Shown here: one piece after another, positions 47,971 to 57,200 of the stretch
Layout of the letters: each line of letters starts with the position of its first letter
Position numbering within the stretch: the stretch's first letter is position 1
Source of the DNA: a virus
Lineage: Duplodnaviria; Caudoviricetes
Strand: one strand, 5' to 3'
IMG/VR virus record: IMGVR_UViG_2609460327_000001
Coordinates: 142,308-206,307 of that record
DNA: 64,000 nucleotides
Position numbers and translations under genes: made by a program
Notes under the pieces: generated by a model
Database searches by the model: none
What the model saw: only the letters and a program-made list of their open reading frames with translations
Told to the model about the DNA's origin: nothing

Positions 47971-48332
47971 TGGAATTAATGAGAAGATATAGGCTAAATA
48001 TCAGCGAAGCAGAGGAAAAAAGCAACGACCAAGTAATGAGACTGGCTGGAAATATCGTTTATGATGTATTAAAACGTCGTGTCATAATGGATCGCTTTGG
48101 CGGTCCCTCGGTAATAAATAGAGCAGATATGGAAAAAGAAATTTATGATAATTTACTGACCGCTGGTCTTGCTTATCATGTTCGTGTCTTAATAAATAGG
48201 CAATATACTAACTGTCAGATTCGCTATATGAGATCCAAAAAAGCGGGAGATTTAACAGGCGTAATGGATGAACATGATCTTGAGCGATACAAGGAAGAAG
48301 GGATAGTTCCACCTCATGGAATTAGATGGTAG
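47970..48332 (+). CDS. Protein with MELMRRY leader
   Basis: TAATG overlap with the preceding stop. Confidence 0.65.
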   Translation: MELMRRYRLNISEAEEKSNDQVMRLAGNIVYDVLKRRVIMDRFGGPSVINRADMEKEIYDNLLTAGLAYHVRVLINRQYTNCQIRYMRSKKAGDLTGVMDEHDLERYKEEGIVPPHGIRW

Positions 48333-48338
48333 AAGCCT

Positions 48339-48599
48339 ATGGAGATGATGAAAAGATATCAAGATCGTCATAGGAACGTGACAAAGGTTCCTACGTCTAC
48401 ACCAAGAACGATAGGTATGGATCGGCCAAAGGGTACTATTGTGCATGAAGGAGTACGTCCACAAGGCAGAGGAACGAAGAAAGTAAACACATGTGGGTGG
48501 CCAGAAGAGGATAAAGCGTTTCGGAGATTTGGGTGGACAATGGTAGGGGTTGGCATACTCGTTATCATTTCGTTTATTGTTCAGAACTTGGGGGAGTAA
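48339..48599 (+). CDS. Membrane-anchored protein with MEMMKRY leader
   Basis: C-terminal TM helix. Confidence 0.6.
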   Translation: MEMMKRYQDRHRNVTKVPTSTPRTIGMDRPKGTIVHEGVRPQGRGTKKVNTCGWPEEDKAFRRFGWTMVGVGILVIISFIVQNLGE

Positions 48600-48603
48600 T
48601 CAT

Positions 48604-49098
48604 ATGGAGCTTTTGTCAAACTACCAGCAAAAGGTAAGGGATGAAATTAAAGATATATATTTAAGAGGACACAAGGGCACTGGGCAGATTATAGGTTGGA
48701 ATATACCGGTGCCGGTTGATGTGAGAGAAGAGATAGAGCGAATATCCATACAACCTGCGACTATTCTTCAGGACCCTGGAAGTGTTACGTATATACCGGA
48801 AGAAATACGCAACTGGCAAGATCTACTCGAAGAAGAGCAGCGTCGTTCCGGGGATTCCGACATTGTAGATTATAGTCGAGAAGCTGAGAGAATATTCGAA
48901 GATAGAAGGCTTGAGGATGCTAGGCGACGGGCGCAAGAAAGAGAAGAATTAGCAGCCAAAGCACTTGCTGACTTAGAAAAAGCTGCAAAGACAAGAGAAG
49001 CCACAAAAAAGAAAGAAGACCGAATATGGCGGATCACAATAGTTACAGGATCTTTATTGATATTATCATCAGTCATAAATGCATTTCTAAACTCATAA
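48604..49098 (+). CDS. Membrane-anchored coiled-coil protein with MELLSNY leader
   Basis: RBS gggggag, C-terminal TM helix. Confidence 0.6.
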   Translation: MELLSNYQQKVRDEIKDIYLRGHKGTGQIIGWNIPVPVDVREEIERISIQPATILQDPGSVTYIPEEIRNWQDLLEEEQRRSGDSDIVDYSREAERIFEDRRLEDARRRAQEREELAAKALADLEKAAKTREATKKKEDRIWRITIVTGSLLILSSVINAFLNS

Positions 49099-49113
49099 AA
49101 GGAGCGAATTAAT

Positions 49114-49482
49114 ATGTCAACAATAACAAGCAGCACCCGCAAAGAGTCTTTCGATCTGGTTAAACAGGATGTAGCAACTCGTCAGAACATCATACATAGC
49201 TTTCTTCTTCAATATGAAGATGGCTTAACAGCTAACGAAATTGCAGCTAAAATGTACGAGGCTGACCTCTTAAAAGGATGGGATCGCAATCTGGTTCATC
49301 CGAGACTAACAGAAATGACAATGTCCGGAAGAGTAAGAGTTGAAGAAAGAAGAAAATGCAGTATTACCGACCGATCTTGTGGAGTGTATATAGCTGTTAC
49401 TGATGAAGAACTCCAGGCTTATATGGATCAAATCAAAGAACAAGACCTCTTTATAGATTTTTCACAAACTACTGAAAAGTAA
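49114..49482 (+). CDS. Winged-helix DNA-binding protein
   Basis: GLTANEIA...VHPRLTEM...G.V. Confidence 0.6.
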   Translation: MSTITSSTRKESFDLVKQDVATRQNIIHSFLLQYEDGLTANEIAAKMYEADLLKGWDRNLVHPRLTEMTMSGRVRVEERRKCSITDRSCGVYIAVTDEELQAYMDQIKEQDLFIDFSQTTEK

Positions 49483-49484
49483 AA

Positions 49485-49498
49485 TGTAACGTGTTACA
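49485..49498. promoter_or_regulatory. Operator TGTAACGTGTTACA
   Basis: Recurrent palindrome upstream of the protease gene. Confidence 0.7.
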
Positions 49499-49541
49499 AT
49501 TATAGAAGATAGGATACAGGGTGAAAACATAGGAGGAAACT

Positions 49542-50435
49542 ATGAGTGACACCCAAACGGACTATAAAGTCGTCCAAACCCATGGCGCAGAGATGCGCGA
49601 TGACATTATTGATTGGGGCATTGAAGCCGTAAATGCACCCGATGTATGGAATACCACAACCGGTAAAGGAGTCAAAGTGGCTGTCCTTGATACGGGCGTG
49701 GATCGTGATCATCCAGACCTGCAGCCGAACTTGAAAGTCTATGCAGACTTCACTCGCTCTCCTTATGGGCCTGAAGACAAGCAGGGGCATGGAACACATG
49801 TTGCTGGCATCATTGGAGCGGCAGACAACGGAATAGGAGTTGTAGGGATCGCACCTGATGCAGAGCTGTATGTCGCAAAAGTCCTTGGAGACAATGGAGG
49901 AGGCAACTTTCAATCCATTATCAATGGCTTGCGATGGGCAATTGAGCAAAATGTAGATATCATCAACATGAGTCTCGGCTGCGCAAGCGAGCCGCCTCTG
50001 GAATTATACAAAGTTATTAAAGAAGCGGCTGCCGCGGGCATTATAGTTGTTGCTGCTACAGGCAATGAAAATACAGGTGTATGTTGGCCAGCCATGTATG
50101 ACGAAGTAATCGCTGTATCTGCAATGTCTCCAGGGAAAGAAAGAGCTCCATTCAGTAACTATGGCATAAAGAATGAAGTCATGGCTCCTGGTGTAGACAT
50201 CTTCTCTACGTATAAAGATGGAGGCTATGCGAAGCTATCCGGCACCAGCATGGCAACGCCTATTATCTCCGGATGTATTGCACTGTATATTAGCTTCTGC
50301 AGAGGGCAAGGAGTAGAGCCCACGCTGGAAGAAGTTCATGCAAAGCTAGAAGAATCCTGTGAGGATTTAAGTATTCCAGGCAGAGACATTTATACTGGCG
50401 ATGGACTTATCGATCTCGAAAAATTAATCGGCTAA
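49542..50435 (+). CDS. S8 subtilisin-family serine protease, no signal peptide
   Basis: Catalytic triad motifs VAVLDTG, HGTHVAG and SGTSMATP. Confidence 0.95.
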   Translation: MSDTQTDYKVVQTHGAEMRDDIIDWGIEAVNAPDVWNTTTGKGVKVAVLDTGVDRDHPDLQPNLKVYADFTRSPYGPEDKQGHGTHVAGIIGAADNGIGVVGIAPDAELYVAKVLGDNGGGNFQSIINGLRWAIEQNVDIINMSLGCASEPPLELYKVIKEAAAAGIIVVAATGNENTGVCWPAMYDEVIAVSAMSPGKERAPFSNYGIKNEVMAPGVDIFSTYKDGGYAKLSGTSMATPIISGCIALYISFCRGQGVEPTLEEVHAKLEESCEDLSIPGRDIYTGDGLIDLEKLIG

Positions 50436-50437
50436 TA

Positions 50438-50464
50438 GGAGGGGCGAAATCCCCTCTTTTTTTA
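50438..50464 (+). terminator. Intrinsic terminator
   Basis: gagggg-cgaaat-cccctc followed by a T run. Confidence 0.75.
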
Positions 50465-50475
50465 TGCAGAAATTG

Positions 50476-50504
50476 TGTTATAATGTAAAACGTAACGCAT
50501 TACA
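50476..50504 (+). promoter_or_regulatory. Extended -10 (TGtTATAAT) followed by operator CGTAACGCATTACA
   Basis: -10 at 50479-50484, operator at 50491-50504. Confidence 0.7.
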
Positions 50505-50556
50505 TTTTAAGTAAACAAGAGATATAGAGACTATAATGGAGAATGGTGGTGAAAAC

Positions 50557-50697
50557 ATGGGAGGATATCGTATTATTGAAGACCTAGGTCGTGGTGTATT
50601 CACGGAAGATTTAGCACCTAAGAAAGGAGATGTCAAAGAGAATGAGGATCGGTCCGAAAAGGAATTGGGCAGTGGAAAGCCAGCAGACGGAGAGTAA
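50557..50697 (+). CDS. Small hypothetical protein (46 aa, not in the ORF track)
   Basis: ATG after ggtggtg, MGGYRIIEDLGRG. Confidence 0.45.
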   Translation: MGGYRIIEDLGRGVFTEDLAPKKGDVKENEDRSEKELGSGKPADGE

Positions 50698-51094
50698 GGA
50701 AGATGAGAAACTTGTAAAGATGTCAAAAAAGTCCGAACAAGGAGTCACGAACATTGACTTTATCTTGGAGCCGGAGCAGTTTGATGAACTTGGCCGCACC
50801 TGCAGACTAACCTTCGATGAGTTCTGCGCTGTCATGAATAAGATCGCTGACGAGGAAGAAGCTGAATGGGACGAGCTCCGAATGAAAGATCAGGTGAATA
50901 TTACTCGTGATGCTATCTTAGAGGCGACAGTTTTGAAGTATGTAAAGCAAGAATACGGACTTGATCCAGAAAAATTTACTGGGCGTGATCTTAATTACAA
51001 CAAGCGATACGATAGTGAAGGACGCTTCATTGGTGAAGCATTAATTATCACATGTATGCACATTCCCACGATGGCAATGAAGGTGAATAAATAA
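50630..51094 (+). CDS. Hypothetical protein (start uncertain)
   Basis: 154-aa ORF coupled to the next gene. Confidence 0.6.
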   Translation: MSKRMRIGPKRNWAVESQQTESKEDEKLVKMSKKSEQGVTNIDFILEPEQFDELGRTCRLTFDEFCAVMNKIADEEEAEWDELRMKDQVNITRDAILEATVLKYVKQEYGLDPEKFTGRDLNYNKRYDSEGRFIGEALIITCMHIPTMAMKVNK

Positions 51095-51348
51095 TGGCTA
51101 AAAATACAGACATCTTAATGATCATAGAGGGCGAAACCTCCTGTGTTAAAACAGTAACCAAGCTAAGTCATATAGATGTGATCGGATTCGATAGTCTCAC
51201 GAAAGAAGCAATGAGGGGTAAGCAATACGACAAAGTGTTACTTCCTTTATCAATGAGGGAGTCCGAGGGTCATATAAAGGTGCTTCAGATTATCAAGCCA
51301 TTAGTATTGATCCACGACGACTTCGATATTCGCATTATTTACTACTAA
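51094..51348 (+). CDS. Hypothetical protein
   Basis: TAATG overlap. Confidence 0.6.
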   Translation: MAKNTDILMIIEGETSCVKTVTKLSHIDVIGFDSLTKEAMRGKQYDKVLLPLSMRESEGHIKVLQIIKPLVLIHDDFDIRIIYY

Positions 51349-51361
51349 GGAGATACCGATC

Positions 51362-51946
51362 ATGGAAACACTTATCCTGCCGATGATGATGTTCGGGAGC
51401 TATAAGTCTTATGAGAAAGAAAAGGACCCCGTCACTGGAAGATGGAAGATTAAAAAGGAGTTAAACGGCAAGGGCAAGCTAAAGCCAGTGAAGAAAGTTT
51501 ACACCCATGTAGAGGCACTTGGAGACCCTGGTTTCTACCCTTCCGTTAACCATATCTATGAAAATACAGGCAGAGGCGGCAAGAAGCTGACGAAGCCGGC
51601 AGAAGATCTATTTGAAAAATGGCACGCCTTGGCTTATGCTTGGAGCTTAAAAAATGATTGGAAAATGACGACAAAAGATAAAGTGGTTCTTGAACTTACA
51701 GCCTACTTTCCAGATGAGAAGAAACGCGATACTCATAATGTCTTTAAGCTAATGATGGATGCTTTAGAAGGCGTCATTTACAAAAACGACCACTATGCCC
51801 TGCCAAGAGTAAAAGATTTTCACTATTTAGAAAAAGACTGCGGCATTCAGCCTTACTTCGAGCTTCGGATCTTCCGGAAAGCTGACGAGATTGACCCGGA
51901 GGATGTGAGGAAGGAATATGAAGAAGCAAGACGATCCGCTTCATAG
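51362..51946 (+). CDS. rusA: RusA-family Holliday junction resolvase
   Basis: PSVNH...RDTHNVFKLMMDALEGVIYKND. Confidence 0.75.
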   Translation: METLILPMMMFGSYKSYEKEKDPVTGRWKIKKELNGKGKLKPVKKVYTHVEALGDPGFYPSVNHIYENTGRGGKKLTKPAEDLFEKWHALAYAWSLKNDWKMTTKDKVVLELTAYFPDEKKRDTHNVFKLMMDALEGVIYKNDHYALPRVKDFHYLEKDCGIQPYFELRIFRKADEIDPEDVRKEYEEARRSAS

Positions 51947-52697
51947 TTATCTTGAAGAAGGCGATGCCAATCCTCTGATGAGAAGATATCACAAGATGAT
52001 ACGAAGATACAGCAGGCTTCTTGTCTACGGAGAAATGGATTTTAAAAGCTATGATTCTAAGCGATTTATATCCTGCTTCATTCGGGAAGCTGAAATCATC
52101 AATGATCTTTGTAAAGCTGGAGGATGCAAAAGCGAAACGATCGAGAAGGTTTATGATGTCATCAAGAACATTCGAGACACTTTCTCCGTCTATGATATAG
52201 CGGAGATCGAGCATGAGCTGCTAATCGTATTGTTAGAATGTGCGCACTCCTATAAAGAAATGGGATTCGGCTTTAGCCGATATGTATACAGTGTGTTTAG
52301 ATACCGAGTAAAGCGGTTTGTGGATAATAAGATGTTCGAGAGTATGGAAGAAGAGCAGTACTCTTACAAAGATGACCGCTACATAAATGACGATCGAGCC
52401 ATAGACAGCATCATAGAAAACAGGTATTATTATGAGCCTCTAAATATGGAGGTTGATGAGTATACTGAACTGGACAATATTCTGTGGTTGAACGGCATAG
52501 TAGGTAGCGATTTGTTCAAAGAACTGAGTTATAGCGAAAGATTTATTCTTCTTAAGGCTTACGATGAAGGCATGACAGATAGAGAGATTGCTCGAATTAA
52601 CGGGCTCCATCATCGATCTGTTTATCGCATTCGAAAACGAATCGCTGATAGCTTCCGCGAAAAACGTGTAAAGGGAGAAATAAAATGTCTACGATGA
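51918..52697 (+). CDS. Sigma-70 family RNA polymerase sigma factor (phage-encoded)
   Basis: Region 4 LSYSERFILLKAYDEGMTDREIARINGLHHRSVYRIRKR; region-2-like GFSRYVY. Confidence 0.75.
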   Translation: MKKQDDPLHSYLEEGDANPLMRRYHKMIRRYSRLLVYGEMDFKSYDSKRFISCFIREAEIINDLCKAGGCKSETIEKVYDVIKNIRDTFSVYDIAEIEHELLIVLLECAHSYKEMGFGFSRYVYSVFRYRVKRFVDNKMFESMEEEQYSYKDDRYINDDRAIDSIIENRYYYEPLNMEVDEYTELDNILWLNGIVGSDLFKELSYSERFILLKAYDEGMTDREIARINGLHHRSVYRIRKRIADSFREKRVKGEIKCLR

Positions 52698-52933
52698 TGA
52701 ACTTTAACGAGAACACTATGATTGCTGGAGTTGCCACCTTGGATTGTTCGAACAACTTAAATCATTTTCCATTGGAACTAAGACTGAAAGAAATCACTGA
52801 ACGAGATAACTATGTTGTTGCAGGAAATCTAATTGTACCCAGTAAGTTCTTTAATCAAATTGTCTTATGCAACCGAGAAATGTATTCAGATCTCACAACC
52901 GAAGATGAAGAGGCAGTAAGCGGAGATAATTAA
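52685..52933 (+). CDS. Hypothetical protein
   Basis: RBS aagggag. Confidence 0.55.
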   Translation: MSTMMNFNENTMIAGVATLDCSNNLNHFPLELRLKEITERDNYVVAGNLIVPSKFFNQIVLCNREMYSDLTTEDEEAVSGDN

Positions 52934-52950
52934 GTTTATCTCCGCTTTTC
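52918..52950 (+). terminator. Intrinsic terminator
   Basis: Stem aagcggagataa/ttatctccgctt followed by tt. Confidence 0.7.
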
Positions 52951-52952
52951 TC

Positions 52953-53005
52953 TTGATTCCTTCTATTATCTCGTTTATAATTGAAATGTAACGCATTACA
53001 TTTCA
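52953..53005 (+). promoter_or_regulatory. SigmaA promoter (TTGATT-17-TATAAT) with operator tgaaaTGTAACGCATTACAtttca at +1
   Basis: -35 at 52953-52958, -10 at 52976-52981, operator core at 52987-53000. Confidence 0.8.
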
Positions 53006-53018
53006 TAGAGGGGGTCGG

Positions 53019-53882
53019 ATGATGGCGGGATTGCTTCAAACCTATATCGAACGACATCAAAAAGAGAAACTAGCCAATGAAACAAGGCCGATGAGAAAGC
53101 TTCATCCATCTACGATCGGCATGTGTAAGCGGAAAATCGTATTCGATATGCTTATGGTTCCGAAGCCAGAAACTGATCCGCAGCTCATCCGAATCTTCGA
53201 AAATGGTCATAGCATGCATCACCGTTACGAGAAGTTGTTCGCTGATATGGGAATCCTCGTTCAGGCAGAAATGAAGTTAGAACGGGACGATATCAGCGGA
53301 CATACGGATGCGCTTATCAGTATTCCAAGCTTTCTAAATCCCTTTGGGGAGAAGTTCTTGGTCGAGCTAAAGAGTGCATTCAGTCATAGCTTTAAGTGGA
53401 TGAAAGAAAACAATAAACCAAAGGCTGAACATAAGGCGCAGCTTACGTTTTACATGCATCTATCTGGCATCCACAAAGGAATCATTTTCGTTGAAGAGAA
53501 GGACACACAAGACGTTTGGGAATACCACATGAATTATGACCCTGTATACGGCAAGAAGCTAGAGCAAAAAGCAAACGAATGTATACAGCTGGCCAAAGAC
53601 AGAAAGCTCCCTCCGCTTGAAAAAGGATATACGCCGAGCAATTATAAGTGCAAAGATTGCCCTTTTAATATCTACTGCCACTCAGATAGTGCCAAGAATG
53701 ATGGTAGTATCCGTAATCCTAATCCGTTCAACTTCGGCAGCGAAGCTTACAAGGATGTCGAAAATATCAGAGCTGCTATAAAAGAAGGCAGACCTATCCC
53801 CGACGTAATCACCGGCGACACAAATGGAGATCTTGTGCGCGAAGTAGCTGAGAAAAATATAACTTTCTCAAAGGTGGATTAA
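53019..53882 (+). CDS. Cas4-like PD-(D/E)XK exonuclease
   Basis: PSTIGMC, GHSMH, SGHTD, LVELKS, QLTFYM and CKDCPFNIYC motifs. Confidence 0.8.
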   Translation: MMAGLLQTYIERHQKEKLANETRPMRKLHPSTIGMCKRKIVFDMLMVPKPETDPQLIRIFENGHSMHHRYEKLFADMGILVQAEMKLERDDISGHTDALISIPSFLNPFGEKFLVELKSAFSHSFKWMKENNKPKAEHKAQLTFYMHLSGIHKGIIFVEEKDTQDVWEYHMNYDPVYGKKLEQKANECIQLAKDRKLPPLEKGYTPSNYKCKDCPFNIYCHSDSAKNDGSIRNPNPFNFGSEAYKDVENIRAAIKEGRPIPDVITGDTNGDLVREVAEKNITFSKVD

Positions 53883-53885
53883 CTT

Positions 53886-54182
53886 ATGTACATCGATATC
53901 GGTTTTGGAAATTTCATTGAAGAAAGCAAGATCATTTCAATCAGTCGTCCAGACAGCTCACCAATACGTCGCATGATGACTCAAGCTAAAGACGATGGGC
54001 GCTATGTGGACATGACACAAGGAAGAAAAACACGCTCCATCATTCTAACTAGCGGCGTAGGAGGCATGGTTGTTATTGGATCGCCTGTAGCTCCAACTAC
54101 TGTTGTAAAGCGCGCAGATGGAAGATTTGGGCCAATTATTTCATCGCTCGACGTGATCGGGGAAGGCCAGTCGAAAGATTAA
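53886..54182 (+). CDS. remA: RemA (YlzA/DUF370) family regulator
   Basis: IDIGFGN...PDSSPIRRMM..AK..G..VDMTQGRKTRSII matches RemA. Confidence 0.85.
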   Translation: MYIDIGFGNFIEESKIISISRPDSSPIRRMMTQAKDDGRYVDMTQGRKTRSIILTSGVGGMVVIGSPVAPTTVVKRADGRFGPIISSLDVIGEGQSKD

Positions 54183-54204
54183 TCGCAAGGAGAGCGAGTC
54201 ATCT

Positions 54205-57200
54205 ATGATCAATCATTTACATGTACACTGTGAATACTCAGAGCTTGATGGTCTTTCTACCGTAAAAGACCTCGTCAAGCGTGCAAAGGAAATCGGTAGC
54301 TCCGCGCTCGCCATTACGGATCACGGCGTTTGCGGGGCTATTCCCGATTTTATAACCGCATGCAAAGAGGAAGGGATCAAGCCGATCCCAGGCTGCGAAG
54401 CTTATATGACGAAGAATCGTCACCTTAAAAGTGATTTCCATAAAGCTTCAAAAGCTATTTTTTTAGAGAAGTATGGCATCAAGGATAAGGCTTGGAAGGC
54501 ATTTCGGAAAGCAGTAAGAAACAATCCTGACAACTTTATGCTTGAAGCTCGGGAGCTGCTGAAGGACTATATCATGCGTGAAGATCTTAAGTCTATGGCT
54601 AGTGGATCAGAAGAAGAATTAGACTTGTTCGGTTTCGGCATGATGGAAGAAGAGAAACCACTCGTTGTAGGGTTTTCGCCAGACGATGCGCTTGAAGACT
54701 TCCGGAAAGAGTTCTATGAATTAATCAAGCATGATAACTTTCATATTGTCCTGATGGCCACTAACCAACAAGGATTGGAGGACTTATATGAAATTATTTC
54801 AGATGCTCATATCAGCGGTTTTTATAGTAATCCTCGTACTGATCTTGCCTTTATTCGTGATCGTGGTCTTGGCAAGCACATTATTGCTACCTCTGCTTGT
54901 CTTGGTAGTTACCTTGCTCGCTTTGCCCTTGCTGGTGATCTGGCAGAGTGTCGCTCATTCATACAAGAGTGCAAAGACACGTTTCACTCATTTTATTTGG
55001 AAAAGCAGGCAACGCGCATTCCAGAGCAAATCAGGCTTAATGAAATCATTGACCAACTGGCTCTGGAAACAAACACGCCGAAAATCGTAACAACAGATGT
55101 TCACTATGCCAATAAAGACGACCGTGACATCCACGATATTCTAGTTGCATCCAGTATGAATAAGTGTATTCATGATAACGACCGCTTGATATACGCTCAT
55201 GAGTTCTGGATGAAATCAGAGGATGAGATTCGTGAGATTATTAATGATGATGAAGCCATTGAAAATACACTCAGAATTGCAGAGTTGGTCGATGTAGACT
55301 TGCCTAAAGATCCTTTGTTCCCTAAATACATTGTTGATGAAAATGATACAGCGGAAGAGCAGCTAGAGAAGCTGGCATGGAACCGGCTGTTCACCTACAC
55401 ATTAAAGACGCCGATTGATCTGGAGCAATATAGTCAGCAGCTACAATATGAGCTGAGTGTTATTAATCCACTTGGATTTGCTGATTACTTCCTGATTGTA
55501 TCTGACTATATCAATTGGGCGAAGGAAAATGGATTCGAAGTCGGACCTGGAAGGGGATCAGCTGCCGGCTCACTCGTTGCTTTCGTTATTGGTATTACAA
55601 CGATCGATCCGATTAAATGGGATCTAATGTTTGAGCGCTTCCTGAATCCAGAACGCGCAGGCTATCCAGATATCGACGTAGACTTCTCGTATGAAGGCGC
55701 TAGAGCTGTACAGGAATACATGAAGCAGAAATACGGTGATCTTAACGTAGCTCAGATTGGCACCTATGGAACTCTTGCAGGTAGATCGGTTATTCGTGCA
55801 GTTGGTAAGGCACTTGGATACAGTGCGCAGGATCAAGACCGGTTTGCGAAGTCTATCCCTGAAACGCCAGGCATTACATTAGACAAGTATATTAATAAAA
55901 ACGGAAAAGAAGTGGATGGTGCTTATCAGATATCACCTGAAACTCGGATGTATGCAGATAGATATCCTGAATGGTGGCAAGCTGCCAAAGCACTTGAGGG
56001 ACACGTCAGAAGTGCAGGAGTGCATGCTGGAGGCATCGTTCTTTCACCTAAGCCGCTTACGAACACTGTTCCTCTTCGACTGGATAAGGAAGGACTTACG
56101 ACAACTCAATACGATATGGAGTGGATCGAAAAGTTCCTAGTTAAATTCGACATTCTTAAACTGTCTACACTCGACCTGATCAAGAAGACAAAACAGAATG
56201 CAGGGATTATGGATCTTGATCTGAATACAATTGACTTTAATGATCCGAAGATTTATGAAGAAATTTATAATAAGCTGAATCTCTCAGGAATCTTCCAGTG
56301 CGAGTCTGATTTATTCCGCGGAATCATTAAAGACATGGAGCCTTCAAACGTAGAGGATATTTCCGTTATCGTAGCGCTAGGCAGACCAGGACCACTCGAC
56401 CTTATTCCCTCTTATATCCGAAGAAAGAAAGGACAAGAGAGAGTTACTTATCCGTTCGATAGCTTAGAGCCGGTTCTTGGAAAGACGTATGGTATTTGGG
56501 TCTACCAAGAGCAGATCATGAAAGCTTCCATGATTCTTGGAGGATTCACTACCGGTCAATCTGATATCCTGCGTAAAGCCATCTCGAAAAAGAATCACGC
56601 ACTAATGGAAGAATGGATCAACTACATGATCTATGGCAGCGCTGAAAAAGATGCTGAGCTAATCGCTAAAGGCAAAGAGCCACTTAACATTCCAGGAGCT
56701 ATTTCCCTTGGATATGACGAGGCAACACTTCTTAAAATCAAAGAAGACTGGATCAAGTTCGGTGACTACTGCTTCAACTATGCGCATAGCGCTTGCTACG
56801 CAGTACTCTCTGTTATGACAGCTTATCTGAAGGCTTACTATCCAACAGAGTTTATGGCTGCGCTCATGACAATCTCAGAGGGCAAGCTGAAAGATGGTGT
56901 TCCCCGTAACGTTGCATACATGAAAGAATGCGAAGAAATGGGAATCAGCATCCTGCCACCAGATATCAACTACTCTAACGACAGCTGGACACCAATCAAT
57001 GCTCAAGAGGGCGAAGAAGGTCTTGGTAAGATTTTGTATGGCCTTGCAAGTATCGCAGGAGTCAGCAGCAAAGATCTTGATGTCATTACGGAATGCCGAC
57101 CATTCAAAGAATTTGATGATTTCTTATTGGCCAATAGAACAATGAAACTCAATAAAACAAAAACATCCAATCTCATTAAGTCCGGAAGTTTCGATACAAT

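Noticed and set aside
53019-53882. Cas4-like gene as evidence of a CRISPR-Cas system
   Set aside because: No cas1, cas2 or array in the window; solo Cas4-like nucleases are common in phages.
54412-54735. DnaE insertion as an intein
   Set aside because: No N-terminal Cys/Ser splice block, no C-terminal His-Asn and no LAGLIDADG motif.
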